DNA from: Candidatus Latescibacterota bacterium
GTDB lineage: Bacteria > Latescibacterota > UBA2968 > GCA-2709665
Reading direction: 5' to 3'
DNA length: 64,000 nucleotides
NCBI GenBank assembly: GCA_965205485.1
Contig: OZ242180.1
Location: 608,001-672,000, forward strand
Both the position numbers and the translations under genes were made by a program. The notes beneath the pieces are model-generated. The model had not been told where the DNA came from and ran no database searches. It saw nothing but the letters and a program-made list of their open reading frames with translations. Each line of letters starts with the position of its first letter. The first letter of the stretch is position 1. This document shows, one piece after another, positions 46,956 to 57,032 of the stretch.

Positions 46956-49277
46956 TCATCTGCCGGCCACCCGCGCCACCCAGATGCTGAATTCGTAGAG
47001 CAGCACCAGCGGCAGCGCCATCATCAGCTGGGAGATCGGATCCGGCGGCGTGAGCAACGCCGCCAGTACAAAGCCGATCACCACTGCATACCTCCTGCCG
47101 CGGCGCATCAGTTGCGCGGTCAGCAGGCCGATCCGGCTCAGGAAGAACGCCGCCACCGGCAGCTCGAACACGACGCCGAAGGCAACCAGCAGTCTCAACA
47201 CGAAACCGATGTAGAAGCCGATGTCGAACTGCGGGTCGACTCCGGTCCCTTCGCCGATCAGAATCAGGAATCGAAAGGACAGCGGCACCACGCTCACGTA
47301 AGCGATAGCGCCACCCAGGACAAAACAGATCGACGATGAAAAGACGATGAAAGATACGTACCGCCGCTCGGTTGTCAACAGACCCGGCGCAACGAAGATC
47401 CACAGTTGATACAGGAGAACCGGCAGCGCCAGGACCGCGCCGCCAACAAGGGCGATCTGAAGTTTAACGAGAAACATCCCCATTGGTTTCAGATAAATCA
47501 GCTTGACAGGCGGCTCAACGGGCGCCACCCCCAACAGCTTCATGACCGGGGTCGCCTCCCGGACCGGCAACACGAGCCACCCAAGTATATTGTCAGAAAA
47601 TATCCCGCAGATCACCGCGCCCACAGCGAGCGCGGCCAACCCCTTCAGCAGACGCCAGCGGAGTTCCTCCAGATGGTCCAGAAAGGGCATCGGTCTGTCG
47701 TCTGCGCCCGAAGCCGGTTCCGGCGCGGGTTCCGCGGACATGTCCGAATCGGGGGGCAGAATGGAATGCTCTGCAACCACCGCGCGACGCCGGAAGGCCA
47801 TCAACACCAGGACCGCGCCCAGGACCAGGCAGAGCTGCGAGAAAAGGTCTCCGTTTCTCGTATAAAATGTCTTTGCGGTTCGCGGCGTCACCCCCTGAGT
47901 CAAAACTGCCGGATGGAAGATCCCCGTTGTCCCCGACTTCCGTCCCCATGCGTCGATAAACGTGGAAACGCCGGTGTTCGCGCAGCGCACAACCGCCCGC
48001 CGGTTCTCAATGGCGCGAAATACCGCGGCCTCGGCGTGCTGAAAGGGTCCGGAGGTCCGACCGAACCAGCCGTCGTTGGTGATGATCACCAGGAATTCAG
48101 CGCCCAGATCCACGAATGACCTGACGAATCCCGGAAAGACCGAATCGTAACAGATCAACGCGGAAAATCGCGCGCCGGGGCCGTTGAAGACCGTGCGGGT
48201 CTCTCCGGAATCCCAGTTCCCACCCACGAATCCGCCGCCGGTGAACCGGATTTTTCGCAAAAAGGGAAGTATTTCCGGGAACGGCGCCCGTTCGCCGAAG
48301 GGCACCAGGCGAGTCTTGTCGTAGTATCCGGAGATCCCCTTTCCGGGCACGAACAGAAAAGAGGAGTTGAACACCTTCACCGGTTCGCCGGCTTCCAGTC
48401 TGTAGGCACCCGTATAAAGGTAGATGCCGAGCGAGTCCACCATGGCCTGCACCCGCTCGCGATGGCGCCGGTACAGCTCCCCTTCAAGGTAACCGACCGC
48501 CGTCTCGGGCCACACGACCAGCCGTGCCCCCTGACTCGCGGCTTCCGCGGTCATCGGCTTCAGTTTGCCGAAATTATAGTCGAATCCCCGGTATTCCTTG
48601 GCCACCGGGGGCATATCCGGCTGGACCAGGCCCACCGCCACGGCCTGTTCGTCCGGATCGTTCTTCAACGCCAGATACCCGTTCGCCGCCGGTCCCGCAA
48701 AGAGTACGGCCAATGCGGCTGCCCACACCCGGCGCCGCGCCCGGTTCCTCCAGAGCATCATGATGCTCAGATTGACAAGCACAATCCAGAACGACACCCC
48801 GTACACGCCCGTAACTTCCGCGTACTGGATCAGCCTCAGATAGGCCGTCTGCGAGTTTCCCAGCACCACCCAGGGAAACCCCATGTCGCCCAGAGAGTTG
48901 AAATACTCGAACCCGACCCAGAGGAAGGGCGCGCTCCACATCCCCGCAATGCCGTACCGCCTGACCACGCGGGCGAACGTCCACAGGAACAGTCCGCGGA
49001 ACAGGGACATGTAAATCGCCGCCCCGGCCATGCCTGGCGGCGTGATCGATCCGATCCAATAGAGTGTCGTCCCGTAGAAGAAAATCCCCTGGACGAACCC
49101 GGCGCCGAAGGCCTCCCGGCCGCGCACCCGTTCCGCGGAGAACAACAGCGGAATCAGCGCGACGTAAGACAGGAAGCCCAGAGGCAGCGGTGGAAACGCC
49201 GCGCCGAGGACAAGGCCCGAGACCGCAGGAAACAACACCATCCATTTCCAGTCCGTTCCCTGTCGTGCCTCGGTCAT
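46956..49277 (-). CDS. lnt-tatC: Fused apolipoprotein N-acyltransferase (Lnt) and twin-arginine translocase subunit TatC
   Basis: Lnt motifs GFPW, WPET, YDKTRLVPFGE, LICYD, TNDGWFG, RAIENRR, ANTGVS; then MPFLDHLEELRWRL, QLWIFVAPGL, FELP, LTPPDPISQ, LYE of TatC, all in one frame. Confidence 0.93.
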   Translation of the reverse strand: MTEARQGTDWKWMVLFPAVSGLVLGAAFPPLPLGFLSYVALIPLLFSAERVRGREAFGAGFVQGIFFYGTTLYWIGSITPPGMAGAAIYMSLFRGLFLWTFARVVRRYGIAGMWSAPFLWVGFEYFNSLGDMGFPWVVLGNSQTAYLRLIQYAEVTGVYGVSFWIVLVNLSIMMLWRNRARRRVWAAALAVLFAGPAANGYLALKNDPDEQAVAVGLVQPDMPPVAKEYRGFDYNFGKLKPMTAEAASQGARLVVWPETAVGYLEGELYRRHRERVQAMVDSLGIYLYTGAYRLEAGEPVKVFNSSFLFVPGKGISGYYDKTRLVPFGERAPFPEILPFLRKIRFTGGGFVGGNWDSGETRTVFNGPGARFSALICYDSVFPGFVRSFVDLGAEFLVIITNDGWFGRTSGPFQHAEAAVFRAIENRRAVVRCANTGVSTFIDAWGRKSGTTGIFHPAVLTQGVTPRTAKTFYTRNGDLFSQLCLVLGAVLVLMAFRRRAVVAEHSILPPDSDMSAEPAPEPASGADDRPMPFLDHLEELRWRLLKGLAALAVGAVICGIFSDNILGWLVLPVREATPVMKLLGVAPVEPPVKLIYLKPMGMFLVKLQIALVGGAVLALPVLLYQLWIFVAPGLLTTERRYVSFIVFSSSICFVLGGAIAYVSVVPLSFRFLILIGEGTGVDPQFDIGFYIGFVLRLLVAFGVVFELPVAAFFLSRIGLLTAQLMRRGRRYAVVIGFVLAALLTPPDPISQLMMALPLVLLYEFSIWVARVAGR

Positions 49278-49419
49278 CGTGCCTTTTCCTCCGAACCCGC
49301 CTGCCGGAACGTCGCCGGCAGCGGTCTGAAGATTCAGATTGGATTAAAGAAAAACCGGTTGGCCGCAAGCTGTGAGTCCCGCCAACCGGAATGGTTGAAC
49401 CCCACCCAAAAATCACGTT

Positions 49420-49503
49420 AGAATATAAACGAACGGACCCTTTTGTCAAACCGGTACCATGGCCTCCCCTTTGCTTGACAAGCCAGGGGGATTTCCATAA
49501 TTT
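49420..49503. promoter_or_regulatory. Back-to-back sigma70 promoters for lnt-tatC and bioF
   Basis: Minus TTGACA 49449-49444 with TATATT/TATTCT; plus TTGACA 49475-49480 with CATAAT/TAATTT. Confidence 0.6.
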
Positions 49504-49553
49504 CCGTCCACATTTCATCCCCATTAACCCTGTGATTCATCGGTATCCTGACA

Positions 49554-50717
49554 GTGCTTCCCCATCTCGACACGGAGCTGGACAGTCTCAGATCCCACGG
49601 GCTCCACCGCAGCCTCCGCCTCGTGGAGGGTGCGCAGGGTCCCCGGGTCCGCATCGACGGCAAAGAACGCCTCCTTTTCTGTTCCAACAACTACCTCGGG
49701 CTTGCAAACCACCCGGCGCTCAAGGACGGCGCGGACGCTGCGCTGCATTCGTACGGATTGAGCGCTGCTGCCTCCCGGCTCATATCCGGAAACATGGAAC
49801 CCCACCGGATACTGGAACACCGGATGGCGCATTTCCTGGGTACGGAATCCGCACTCTGCTTTCCCACCGGATACATGGCGAACCTTGGCGTCGTTAGCGC
49901 CCTCGTCGGCGCTGAAGACGCAATTTTCAGCGACCGACTGAACCATCGCAGCATCATCGACGCTTGCCGGCTCTCCCGGGCGAAGACGTTCGTCTATCGC
50001 CACCGGGACGTGGACCATCTGGAATGCCTTCTCGGTTCCCAGCGTGAGTACCGGCGCCGGCTGATCGTCAGCGACGGGTTGTTCAGCATGGATGGAGACC
50101 TGGCGCCTCTCCCGGGGCTCGTGGAGGCAGCCCACCGGCACTGTGCCATCCTGATGGTTGACGACGCCCACGGGACCGGGGTCCTGGGCGCTTCCGGCCG
50201 GGGCATACACGAACACTTCGGCATCACGCAAGGCATCGACGTTCTGACGACCTCCGGCAGCAAGGCCCTCGGCGCGTACGGCGGATTCGTCGCCGGAAAC
50301 GAGAAACTCGTCGACCTGCTGATCAATCGGGCCGCGGCATTTATCTTCACCTCGGCCCTGCCGCCCGACGCCTGCGCGGCAGCGACGACTGCATTGGCGT
50401 TGATCGAAACCTGTCCGGACCTTCGGGAAGACCTCTGGCGTAACGTCCATACCGTACAAGACGCCCTGGATGACCTCGGCTTCGATATCATGGACTCCCG
50501 ATCCCAGATTGTTCCGGTCCTTATCGGCGACGCGGCACGTACGATGGCGATTTCCGACCACCTCTTCGAGGAGGGCGTCTACCTCAGCGGCATCCGGCCG
50601 CCAACCGTACCCGATGGTGAGAGCCGCCTCCGGCTTACGCTGATGGCCGACCACAGCGATGATGATATCAACCGTCTCATCCATGCGATGGCAGATGTTC
50701 GTGAGGCCTTTTTTTAA
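49554..50717 (+). CDS. bioF: 8-amino-7-oxononanoate synthase
   Basis: FCSNNYLGL, TGYMAN, FSMDGD, VDDAHGTG, SKALG, IRPPTVP. Confidence 0.92.
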   Translation: MLPHLDTELDSLRSHGLHRSLRLVEGAQGPRVRIDGKERLLFCSNNYLGLANHPALKDGADAALHSYGLSAAASRLISGNMEPHRILEHRMAHFLGTESALCFPTGYMANLGVVSALVGAEDAIFSDRLNHRSIIDACRLSRAKTFVYRHRDVDHLECLLGSQREYRRRLIVSDGLFSMDGDLAPLPGLVEAAHRHCAILMVDDAHGTGVLGASGRGIHEHFGITQGIDVLTTSGSKALGAYGGFVAGNEKLVDLLINRAAAFIFTSALPPDACAAATTALALIETCPDLREDLWRNVHTVQDALDDLGFDIMDSRSQIVPVLIGDAARTMAISDHLFEEGVYLSGIRPPTVPDGESRLRLTLMADHSDDDINRLIHAMADVREAFF

Positions 50718-51909
50718 TGTTCTCGCGGGCTTTTTTTTATTGCACCTCGTTCCGGCGCCCGCGAACCCGGCGACGCTGACCGGCACGGTACGGGACAGCG
50801 CGACGCGTGCGCCATTGCCGTACGCGACGGTCGTTCTGCCTGGTTTGAAGCGTGGTGACCACACGGACCTCTATGGTCGCTTTTCCTTCACGGATCTTCC
50901 TCCTGGCCCGATCCGCGTTCAGATTTCGTTTGTCGGTTATCGGACCGTGCGCGGTGAGATCGTAGTTCCCGGCGCCGCCGGAAGCCGGCCGGACATCCTG
51001 CTTTCCCCGTCTCCGATGTCCCTCAAGTCCCACGTTGACATGCCGCGCCCGTCCCTGGACGCCCTTCTCGAAAAAATCGGTCGGGAACCCCGTGAAAACG
51101 TCTTCCACACGCGCTACGCGGACCTCGAGTCACATCGATTCGCATTGAACGGGACCCAGACCCTGTACGCCCACAACCGAGCAGGCGCTCACGTCCTGGC
51201 GCGGATCGACTACGACGGTCGGGGATTCTATCGGAACCCGGGGGAGATCGTCCAGGACATCACGGCGTACCGGTCGCGTCACGCGCCGGCGCAGCAATTC
51301 GGCATGCATCCCGGCGTCATCATCAACATCCGCAGCGGCCGCCTCAACGGCCGGGATTTCGACGTGGGTCCTCTGCCGCTGGAGACGGACGCCAGGCGGG
51401 ATTACCGCTATCGTCTTGTCAGTACCGTGCAGATGGGCGACGTGGCGGTGCACAAGATTCACGTCGAACCACGGAAAAGGCGACGCCCCGGACTTGAGGG
51501 GGCCATCTGGGTTTCCGCGAACGACTTTTCGCTGGTGGGCTACGACCTGCGCCTGAACAAAAAGGGCCGACGTCCGCTCGGCGTCCGGGAACTGCGCACC
51601 TATCAACAGAACGCGCTGTACTACGACCGATACTGGCTGCCGGTTCTGCAAACCGTGCGCATTACGACCGAGTCCGGCGCCCTGGCAGAACAGACCACGC
51701 GCATCGGCGGTTATACGTTGAATCCCGCGCTTGAAGACTCCCTCTTCAACCGGGACGCCTTTTCGATGCGTCCGGATGCGACCCGGCGAGGCGCGGCTTA
51801 TTGGAACGTCCGCGACGACAGCCTGGAGACCGCGCAGAGGCGGTCAGTGGAGATGCTGCTCGAGACAAATACCGTTCCCCAGGGTTGGAAACGCCTGTTG
51901 AGCCAATAG
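50695..51909 (+). CDS. Exported protein with carboxypeptidase-regulatory-like domain (DUF5686-like)
   Basis: Signal peptide; LTGTVRDSAT..PLPYATV...SFVGY; YRYRL...HKIHVEP...GAIWV. Confidence 0.7.
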   Translation: MFVRPFFNVLAGFFLLHLVPAPANPATLTGTVRDSATRAPLPYATVVLPGLKRGDHTDLYGRFSFTDLPPGPIRVQISFVGYRTVRGEIVVPGAAGSRPDILLSPSPMSLKSHVDMPRPSLDALLEKIGREPRENVFHTRYADLESHRFALNGTQTLYAHNRAGAHVLARIDYDGRGFYRNPGEIVQDITAYRSRHAPAQQFGMHPGVIINIRSGRLNGRDFDVGPLPLETDARRDYRYRLVSTVQMGDVAVHKIHVEPRKRRRPGLEGAIWVSANDFSLVGYDLRLNKKGRRPLGVRELRTYQQNALYYDRYWLPVLQTVRITTESGALAEQTTRIGGYTLNPALEDSLFNRDAFSMRPDATRRGAAYWNVRDDSLETAQRRSVEMLLETNTVPQGWKRLLSQ

Positions 51910-52013
51910 TTGACCGGCCGCGTGAACGGCGCGCCGGTTATCAGGCTGACGCGATACCGGATCGTGCCTCCAAAGGATGACCGCAGGCTGTGAGATCAAA
52001 CGAGGAACAACAG

Positions 52014-52775
52014 ATGCTGCAACAGACGACCGCACCGGAAGTACTCAACCGGATCCGCGTTGTCCTGGCAGGCGCCAAGGAGCCCGGCAACGTCGGGTCC
52101 GTAGCGCGCGCGATGAAGAATATGGGACTCTCGCGGCTCTACCTCGTGGATCCGCCGGACCATACCTGCGGCGACGCGCGAAAGATGGCTCACGGCTCCG
52201 GTGAGGTGCTCTACGGCGCCACCGTCTGTGAATCGCTCGAAGAGGCCCTTTCGGGAACGGTACTCTCTGTGGGCACAACGCACCGGAAACGGGAGCACTT
52301 CGACGTCCTGTACGGCCCGCGGCACGCGGCGGAAAAGCTGGTCTCCCTGCCCTCGGAAAAAGAAGCCGCCCTCGTTTTCGGCCGGGAGGAAAACGGTCTG
52401 ACCAACAATGAACTGGGTCTTTGCAGCATAGTCGCCAATATCCCCACCGCACACAGATATCCCTCGCTGAACCTCTCGCAGGCCGTCCTCATCTTCGGCT
52501 ATGAACTCTACCGCGCGGCTGCGAAGCCGGTCGAGCAACCGGAGCTGGATCTGCCGACGTTTGAAGAGATGGAATCGCTCTACGCCCACGTCGATTCCGC
52601 ACTGGACAAGCTGGGCTTCCCCGCCGACTATATGCCCAAGGCGTTCCCCCGGTCCATCCGGCGCCTCTTCGGCCGCACATCCATGGATCGTCGGGACGTT
52701 GCCACGCTGCACCGCATCTTCCGCCAGATCGACAAGTTCGTCGCCGTACACAAATCAGACGCGGAATCAAGATGA
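52014..52775 (+). CDS. trmJ: TrmJ/LasT family SPOUT RNA methyltransferase
   Basis: PGNVGSVARAMKNMG, VFGREENGL, YPSLNLSQAV. Confidence 0.92.
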   Translation: MLQQTTAPEVLNRIRVVLAGAKEPGNVGSVARAMKNMGLSRLYLVDPPDHTCGDARKMAHGSGEVLYGATVCESLEEALSGTVLSVGTTHRKREHFDVLYGPRHAAEKLVSLPSEKEAALVFGREENGLTNNELGLCSIVANIPTAHRYPSLNLSQAVLIFGYELYRAAAKPVEQPELDLPTFEEMESLYAHVDSALDKLGFPADYMPKAFPRSIRRLFGRTSMDRRDVATLHRIFRQIDKFVAVHKSDAESR

Positions 52776-52833
52776 TCCCACGTCCAAATGTGTGCTCCCT
52801 GCGTGCTCCGTCACGCAGTCGCCCGATTTTCCA

Positions 52834-53329
52834 CTACTTCCCCACGACTCTGCTTCGCCGTTCCATCAGGACGACGTCTCGCCAGACCCCGTTGAGCTTC
52901 CCCAATCGTTCCTGCCTGCCGACCTCCCGGAACCCGAATGCCCTCTGGAGCGCGATGCTGGCGGCGTTCTCCGGAAACACCCCTCCCTGAAGGGTCCAGA
53001 TCCCCTCTCGCTCTGACGCGTCGACCAGTTCCCGCATCAGGGCCTTGCCGACGCCCTCTTCCCCTGAAGCCGGATCCCACGTACACGCTGACTTCCGCGA
53101 CGCCCGAGTGGACGCACCGGCTCGAGACCGGACTCAGGGCGGCCCACCCCGCAATCTCGCCGTCTATCCGGGCGACAAGCCGGCACACCTCCAGATGACT
53201 GCTGTCCCAGGCGTCCCAATCGGGGACTTCCGTGTCGAATGACGCATGTCCCGTGGCGATGCCATCCTCGAGAATCCGGCGCACTGTCTCCCAGTCTTCA
53301 GGTATCATTGGCGTTACGATAGGATTCAT
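52834..53329 (-). pseudogene. GNAT N-acetyltransferase (phosphinothricin acetyltransferase-like), +1 frameshift
   Basis: N-half ...AEVSVYV..FRGRG and C-half VGKALMREL...WRDVVLMERRS are in different frames; extra G at 53054-53056. Confidence 0.88.
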
Positions 53330-53354
53330 CGGCGAGTTTCCCGTCGCGTGATGA

Positions 53355-54251
53355 TTAAAGGCGGTGGGGCAAGTACCTGAAGAGATGCGTCTGCCACTGC
53401 GAAAGGGGGCTCCTGCCGGTCCTTTCGTAGAACGCCAGGGAATCCCCCGCATTCATGGCCTGAGAGCGTCGTAATGGATTGCAGAATTCGTACTTGAACC
53501 CTCCCCTGGACTCTTCTCTCGCGTACACCTTCAGGGCGTTCAGAAGGTCGGGTCGCCCGAGGTCGAAAGGGACGCACGCGCTTCTTGCCAAGATTCCTTC
53601 GTGGAAGAACCCCGGGACGTCGCGCTCCAGCCCCGCAATCCTTCGACGGCCGTATTGATACGAAATGCTGAGGAAGACCAGGCCGCCGTCGCGCAGAAAC
53701 TCCCGGGCGCCCCGCAGGACCGTCCGTCTGTATCCGAATCCGTCATCGTCTTCGCTCGAAATTGGGTTGGCGATCAGGAAATCTGCGCGGCCCTTGAGCG
53801 ATTCGAGAGTACGCCTGTCGCCATCCGCGAACGGCGCGTAGGAATCCGACCGCATGAACTCTACTCTTCCTCCGACGCCGTTCAACCTGGCGTTCCTACG
53901 GGCGACGGACACGTTGGTTTCGTCGATTTCCAGCCCGACGACGCGGGTTACCCCGGGTGTCCGCGCGGCCATGATGGACAGGCATCCGCCGCCGCTTCCC
54001 CAGTCGATGCCTGATCCCTCGAGCAGGTGTCCGTGGCCGGCGATCGCTTCAATGGAAATCATGCTGGCCGGCGTAATGGGCGTGGTGCCCGGTGGATGCA
54101 TGAGCGTGATCTCGCCAAGGCCAGCCGTGACCTCGTCGCCCAGCGTCGTCTCATTACTCTTTCGCGGAAAGGAATCATCACTGCCGGAAGCCGTTCGTTC
54201 GTTTCTCCCACGCTTCGCCATCAATTTCATCTCCCAACTGAATTCATCCAT
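53355..54251 (-). CDS. Class I SAM-dependent methyltransferase
   Basis: IDWGSGGG motif I, GLEID, IANP. Confidence 0.8.
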   Translation of the reverse strand: MDEFSWEMKLMAKRGRNERTASGSDDSFPRKSNETTLGDEVTAGLGEITLMHPPGTTPITPASMISIEAIAGHGHLLEGSGIDWGSGGGCLSIMAARTPGVTRVVGLEIDETNVSVARRNARLNGVGGRVEFMRSDSYAPFADGDRRTLESLKGRADFLIANPISSEDDDGFGYRRTVLRGAREFLRDGGLVFLSISYQYGRRRIAGLERDVPGFFHEGILARSACVPFDLGRPDLLNALKVYAREESRGGFKYEFCNPLRRSQAMNAGDSLAFYERTGRSPLSQWQTHLFRYLPHRL

Positions 54252-54269
54252 GTGTCTGTCGAATTCTGA

Positions 54270-54652
54270 CTACCCGCTGGTACCGTCGTTTCTACGATGG
54301 ATGCAGAGCAGGTTCCCCCACGGGTCCTTGATCCAGGCCATGCGGCAACTTCCGCTATCGGCCGGCTCCATCACAATCCTGACGCCCTTCCCGCGCAATT
54401 CTTCCACCGCCTCGTCCACGTCGTCCACCGCAAGCGCGATCCCAGGTCGTCCCGCCTCCTCGTCCCATCGGACCAGCGCCAGGCTGACTGGACGCGTGTC
54501 GAATTCCGTCCACGTGTCCCGGCTTCCGTCACCCTCGATCACACCGTCGTCGATGAAATCCTGATCGATCCCAAGACTTCGCGATAGAAACGAACCGCCT
54601 CTCTCGTATCGGTCACGTGGGAAATTACGAAGTCGATCGCCTTGACTTTCAC
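54270..54652 (-). pseudogene. VOC/glyoxalase family protein, -1 frameshift
   Basis: GGAGGAG RBS then GTG: MKVKAIDFVISHVTDTREAVRFYREVLG; shifts at 54570-54572 into ...AVDDVDEA...DPWGN. Confidence 0.8.
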
Positions 54653-54703
54653 GGATCGCACCCTCCTCCGAGACTGTCGCGTCGCACAGCGCCCTGACAT
54701 TCC

Positions 54704-55187
54704 TCAACTCTTCAGCTTTCTTCTCCATCATGATGACGTCCCGCACGATCCCGCAGGACAACCGTTCCGGAGACCGGCCTGCCTCTGTGTATCCGTTGGC
54801 GCGGTAGAAGCGGGGCGCCGCGACGTTGTATTCCGTATAACACAGCCGGGCGGTGTGATGACCGGCGAGCTGAATCTCCTCCTCGGCCACCTGCAACAGT
54901 ATACTCCCGATGCCGCGTCTCTGGAAGGAGGGATGAACCCACAGATCGGCGACTTCGCGGCCGTCTGTGCTCGTCAGACCGAGAATTCGTGACTGGTGTT
55001 CCGCGACCGTGACCTTCGGCCAGATTTCCGGAAACCGCGTCCGTTCGAAATCACCCTCGATCCAATCGCGCACAGCCTCGATCGGCGCCAGTTCGCAGTT
55101 TCCGGACAGCCAGGACCGCTGCGCCAGGTCGATAAGCGCCGGTACGTCCGCATCAACCGCGCGACGGGTCTCAACCGCGAGTTTCAT
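54704..55187 (-). CDS. GNAT N-acetyltransferase; native stop apparently bypassed by a +1 A
   Basis: LWVHPSFQRRGIGS, APRFYRANGY; removing one A at 54717-54719 gives ...MEKKLKS* with TGA at 54706-54704. Confidence 0.75.
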
Positions 55188-55903
55188 TGACTTCTCTCCG
55201 CGTGTGCCAGCTGTTTCATCAGAACGGTCCATAGGCCCGGGATGCCGAGGACTTCGGCGTCCTTGGGACAAGCCTTCATCTGCCGTAATTCGACGACCGC
55301 GAAATAGCGCTGCAATATGCCTCTCAATCGATCTTCAGAGTAGCCGATGCCCGGGGGCATCTCTCCACGTTTGTATATTTCCCGGTCTTCGACGGGCTGA
55401 CCGCCAGTCGTGTCGAAGCAGGCCATGCCGAAGAATCCATCCGGCTGCAGCACCCGCCGAACCAGGTCGAGATAGTATTGCCTTTGATGAGGCTGAAGAT
55501 GATGAAACAGACCGGAATCATACGCGATGTCATAATGGTTCTGTGGTAACGATACGTCAAAGACCGACCCGACGATGAACTTGACGCGAACCCGCCCTTC
55601 CCCTGCGGCCTGACGACCTCTCGTAATCGCCGTCCGCGACAGATCGATGGCGTCAACCCGGAAGCCTGCTTTCGCCAAATAGATCGCGTTCCGGCCGATC
55701 CCGCATCCCAGATCGATTGCCCTTCCGGACTCGAGGCGCCCCTGCTCTACGAATCCGACCAGATTCTCATCCGGGACATTCCTTAGAAATGGCGGCGTCC
55801 GCGTACCCTCTGCGTAGAAGGACTCCCAGTCCACCTTCGTGGCAAGAGAATGATCGAGAAACGCCGTGGTTTCATTTTTAGGATTTGGTTTCCGGGCACA
55901 CAT
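55184..55903 (-). CDS. Class I SAM-dependent methyltransferase
   Basis: IDLGCGIGRNA, AIDLS, YDSGLFHH; start uncertain because a repeat lies just upstream. Confidence 0.88.
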   Translation of the reverse strand: MCARKPNPKNETTAFLDHSLATKVDWESFYAEGTRTPPFLRNVPDENLVGFVEQGRLESGRAIDLGCGIGRNAIYLAKAGFRVDAIDLSRTAITRGRQAAGEGRVRVKFIVGSVFDVSLPQNHYDIAYDSGLFHHLQPHQRQYYLDLVRRVLQPDGFFGMACFDTTGGQPVEDREIYKRGEMPPGIGYSEDRLRGILQRYFAVVELRQMKACPKDAEVLGIPGLWTVLMKQLAHAERSQ

Positions 55904-55923
55904 GTCCAAAATCGTCTTTCCCA

Positions 55924-56258
55924 CCGCTATCACGACATGATCCACCTGTAACCGGAGCGAGGGCATCCTGCCCTCGAACTTCGCATCATCTATCCCTATT
56001 CGCGTCGAGGGACTGACGCGTCCATTCAATCCGACACCGGTTCACGGAAAACACCGTGTGCGACGAATTATCCGACGTCGAGGGCAGGATGCCCTCGCTC
56101 CCGGGAACGCCAACGACACCGGCCCCAAATCTGTTCCTGTCTTGGACAGTCGTGGCCAAAAGAACGGAACCTGCATTGGCACTTCGAGACGACTTTCAAT
56201 AAAAACAGGTACTTACGCATCCAAGGTCGTCCTTCCGAACCTATCCTGGACAGCAGTG
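55924..56258. repeat. Dispersed repeat family C, copy 2 (about 70 bp longer)
   Basis: Colinear with 7891-8152, including REP-like palindromes and the TGGACAGCAGTG end. Confidence 0.85.
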
Positions 56259-56309
56259 CTCGCCAATGTTCAATTTGAACCGCGTTCAGTTCGTCGCGAG
56301 TTGCGCGTT

Positions 56310-57032
56310 TCAACATGAGTTGTTCGACAATTCGGGTGCGAAAGGGAATTCTCCCCGATCCAGCCGATCCGAACAGTCGATCATGAAATCGATCAACCGG
56401 TGTCGGCTGCTGCCTGTAAACGGATTGCACATTTGGCTTTCCCAATAGGTGGCCGGCGCGTTGTCTTTGAGGTGATCCACCAGGGCAAGAAGATTTCGTG
56501 CGGCGGGCGATGCCTCAAACGCCTCACGATCTTCTTCGTTCATCATGTCGTCAAGCGCCATACCCAAGAAGTGCGCCATGGCGATCAGGCTGTTTCTCCG
56601 GTCGTGTTCCTCCGCAGACATCCGCTGGAATCTGACGCCCCTTCCGGCGATAAATTCGAGAATTCGGGGATCGGGATCGCCAAAGCATCCGCCGGCGTGC
56701 ACCCCGAACCAGCGACACTTCAAATTCCGCATCTTGTACTCAGCAGAAATCCTTGCGGAACACATGTCGAACACACAGGCATCCCTGCCTATGCAACGAT
56801 TCAGTCGTTGGACGTAACCCTCAAGAGCAAAAACGGGAACGGCGAGGAAGACATAGTCGGAACTCGCCGCACAGGAATCGAAATCCGTCACAGGCGTGCA
56901 ACCCGATTTCGCAATGTCGTCTCCAACGTCCCGAAGGGAGTAGACGTGAACATCGAACCCTCGGGTGAAGACCTTCGCAAACTTCCGCCCCATCCTGCCG
57001 TAGCCGACAACCATCAGCTTCGATTTCGACAT
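56310..57032 (-). CDS. Prephenate/arogenate dehydrogenase-like protein
   Basis: VVGYGRMG, FLAVP, DMCS, MSAEEHDR. Confidence 0.7.
   Translation of the reverse strand: MSKSKLMVVGYGRMGRKFAKVFTRGFDVHVYSLRDVGDDIAKSGCTPVTDFDSCAASSDYVFLAVPVFALEGYVQRLNRCIGRDACVFDMCSARISAEYKMRNLKCRWFGVHAGGCFGDPDPRILEFIAGRGVRFQRMSAEEHDRRNSLIAMAHFLGMALDDMMNEEDREAFEASPAARNLLALVDHLKDNAPATYWESQMCNPFTGSSRHRLIDFMIDCSDRLDRGEFPFAPELSNNSC

Noticed and set aside
55904..56445. ORFs 56058-56318, 56068-56445 and the N-terminal extension of 55184-56029
   Set aside because: They translate the non-coding family C repeat
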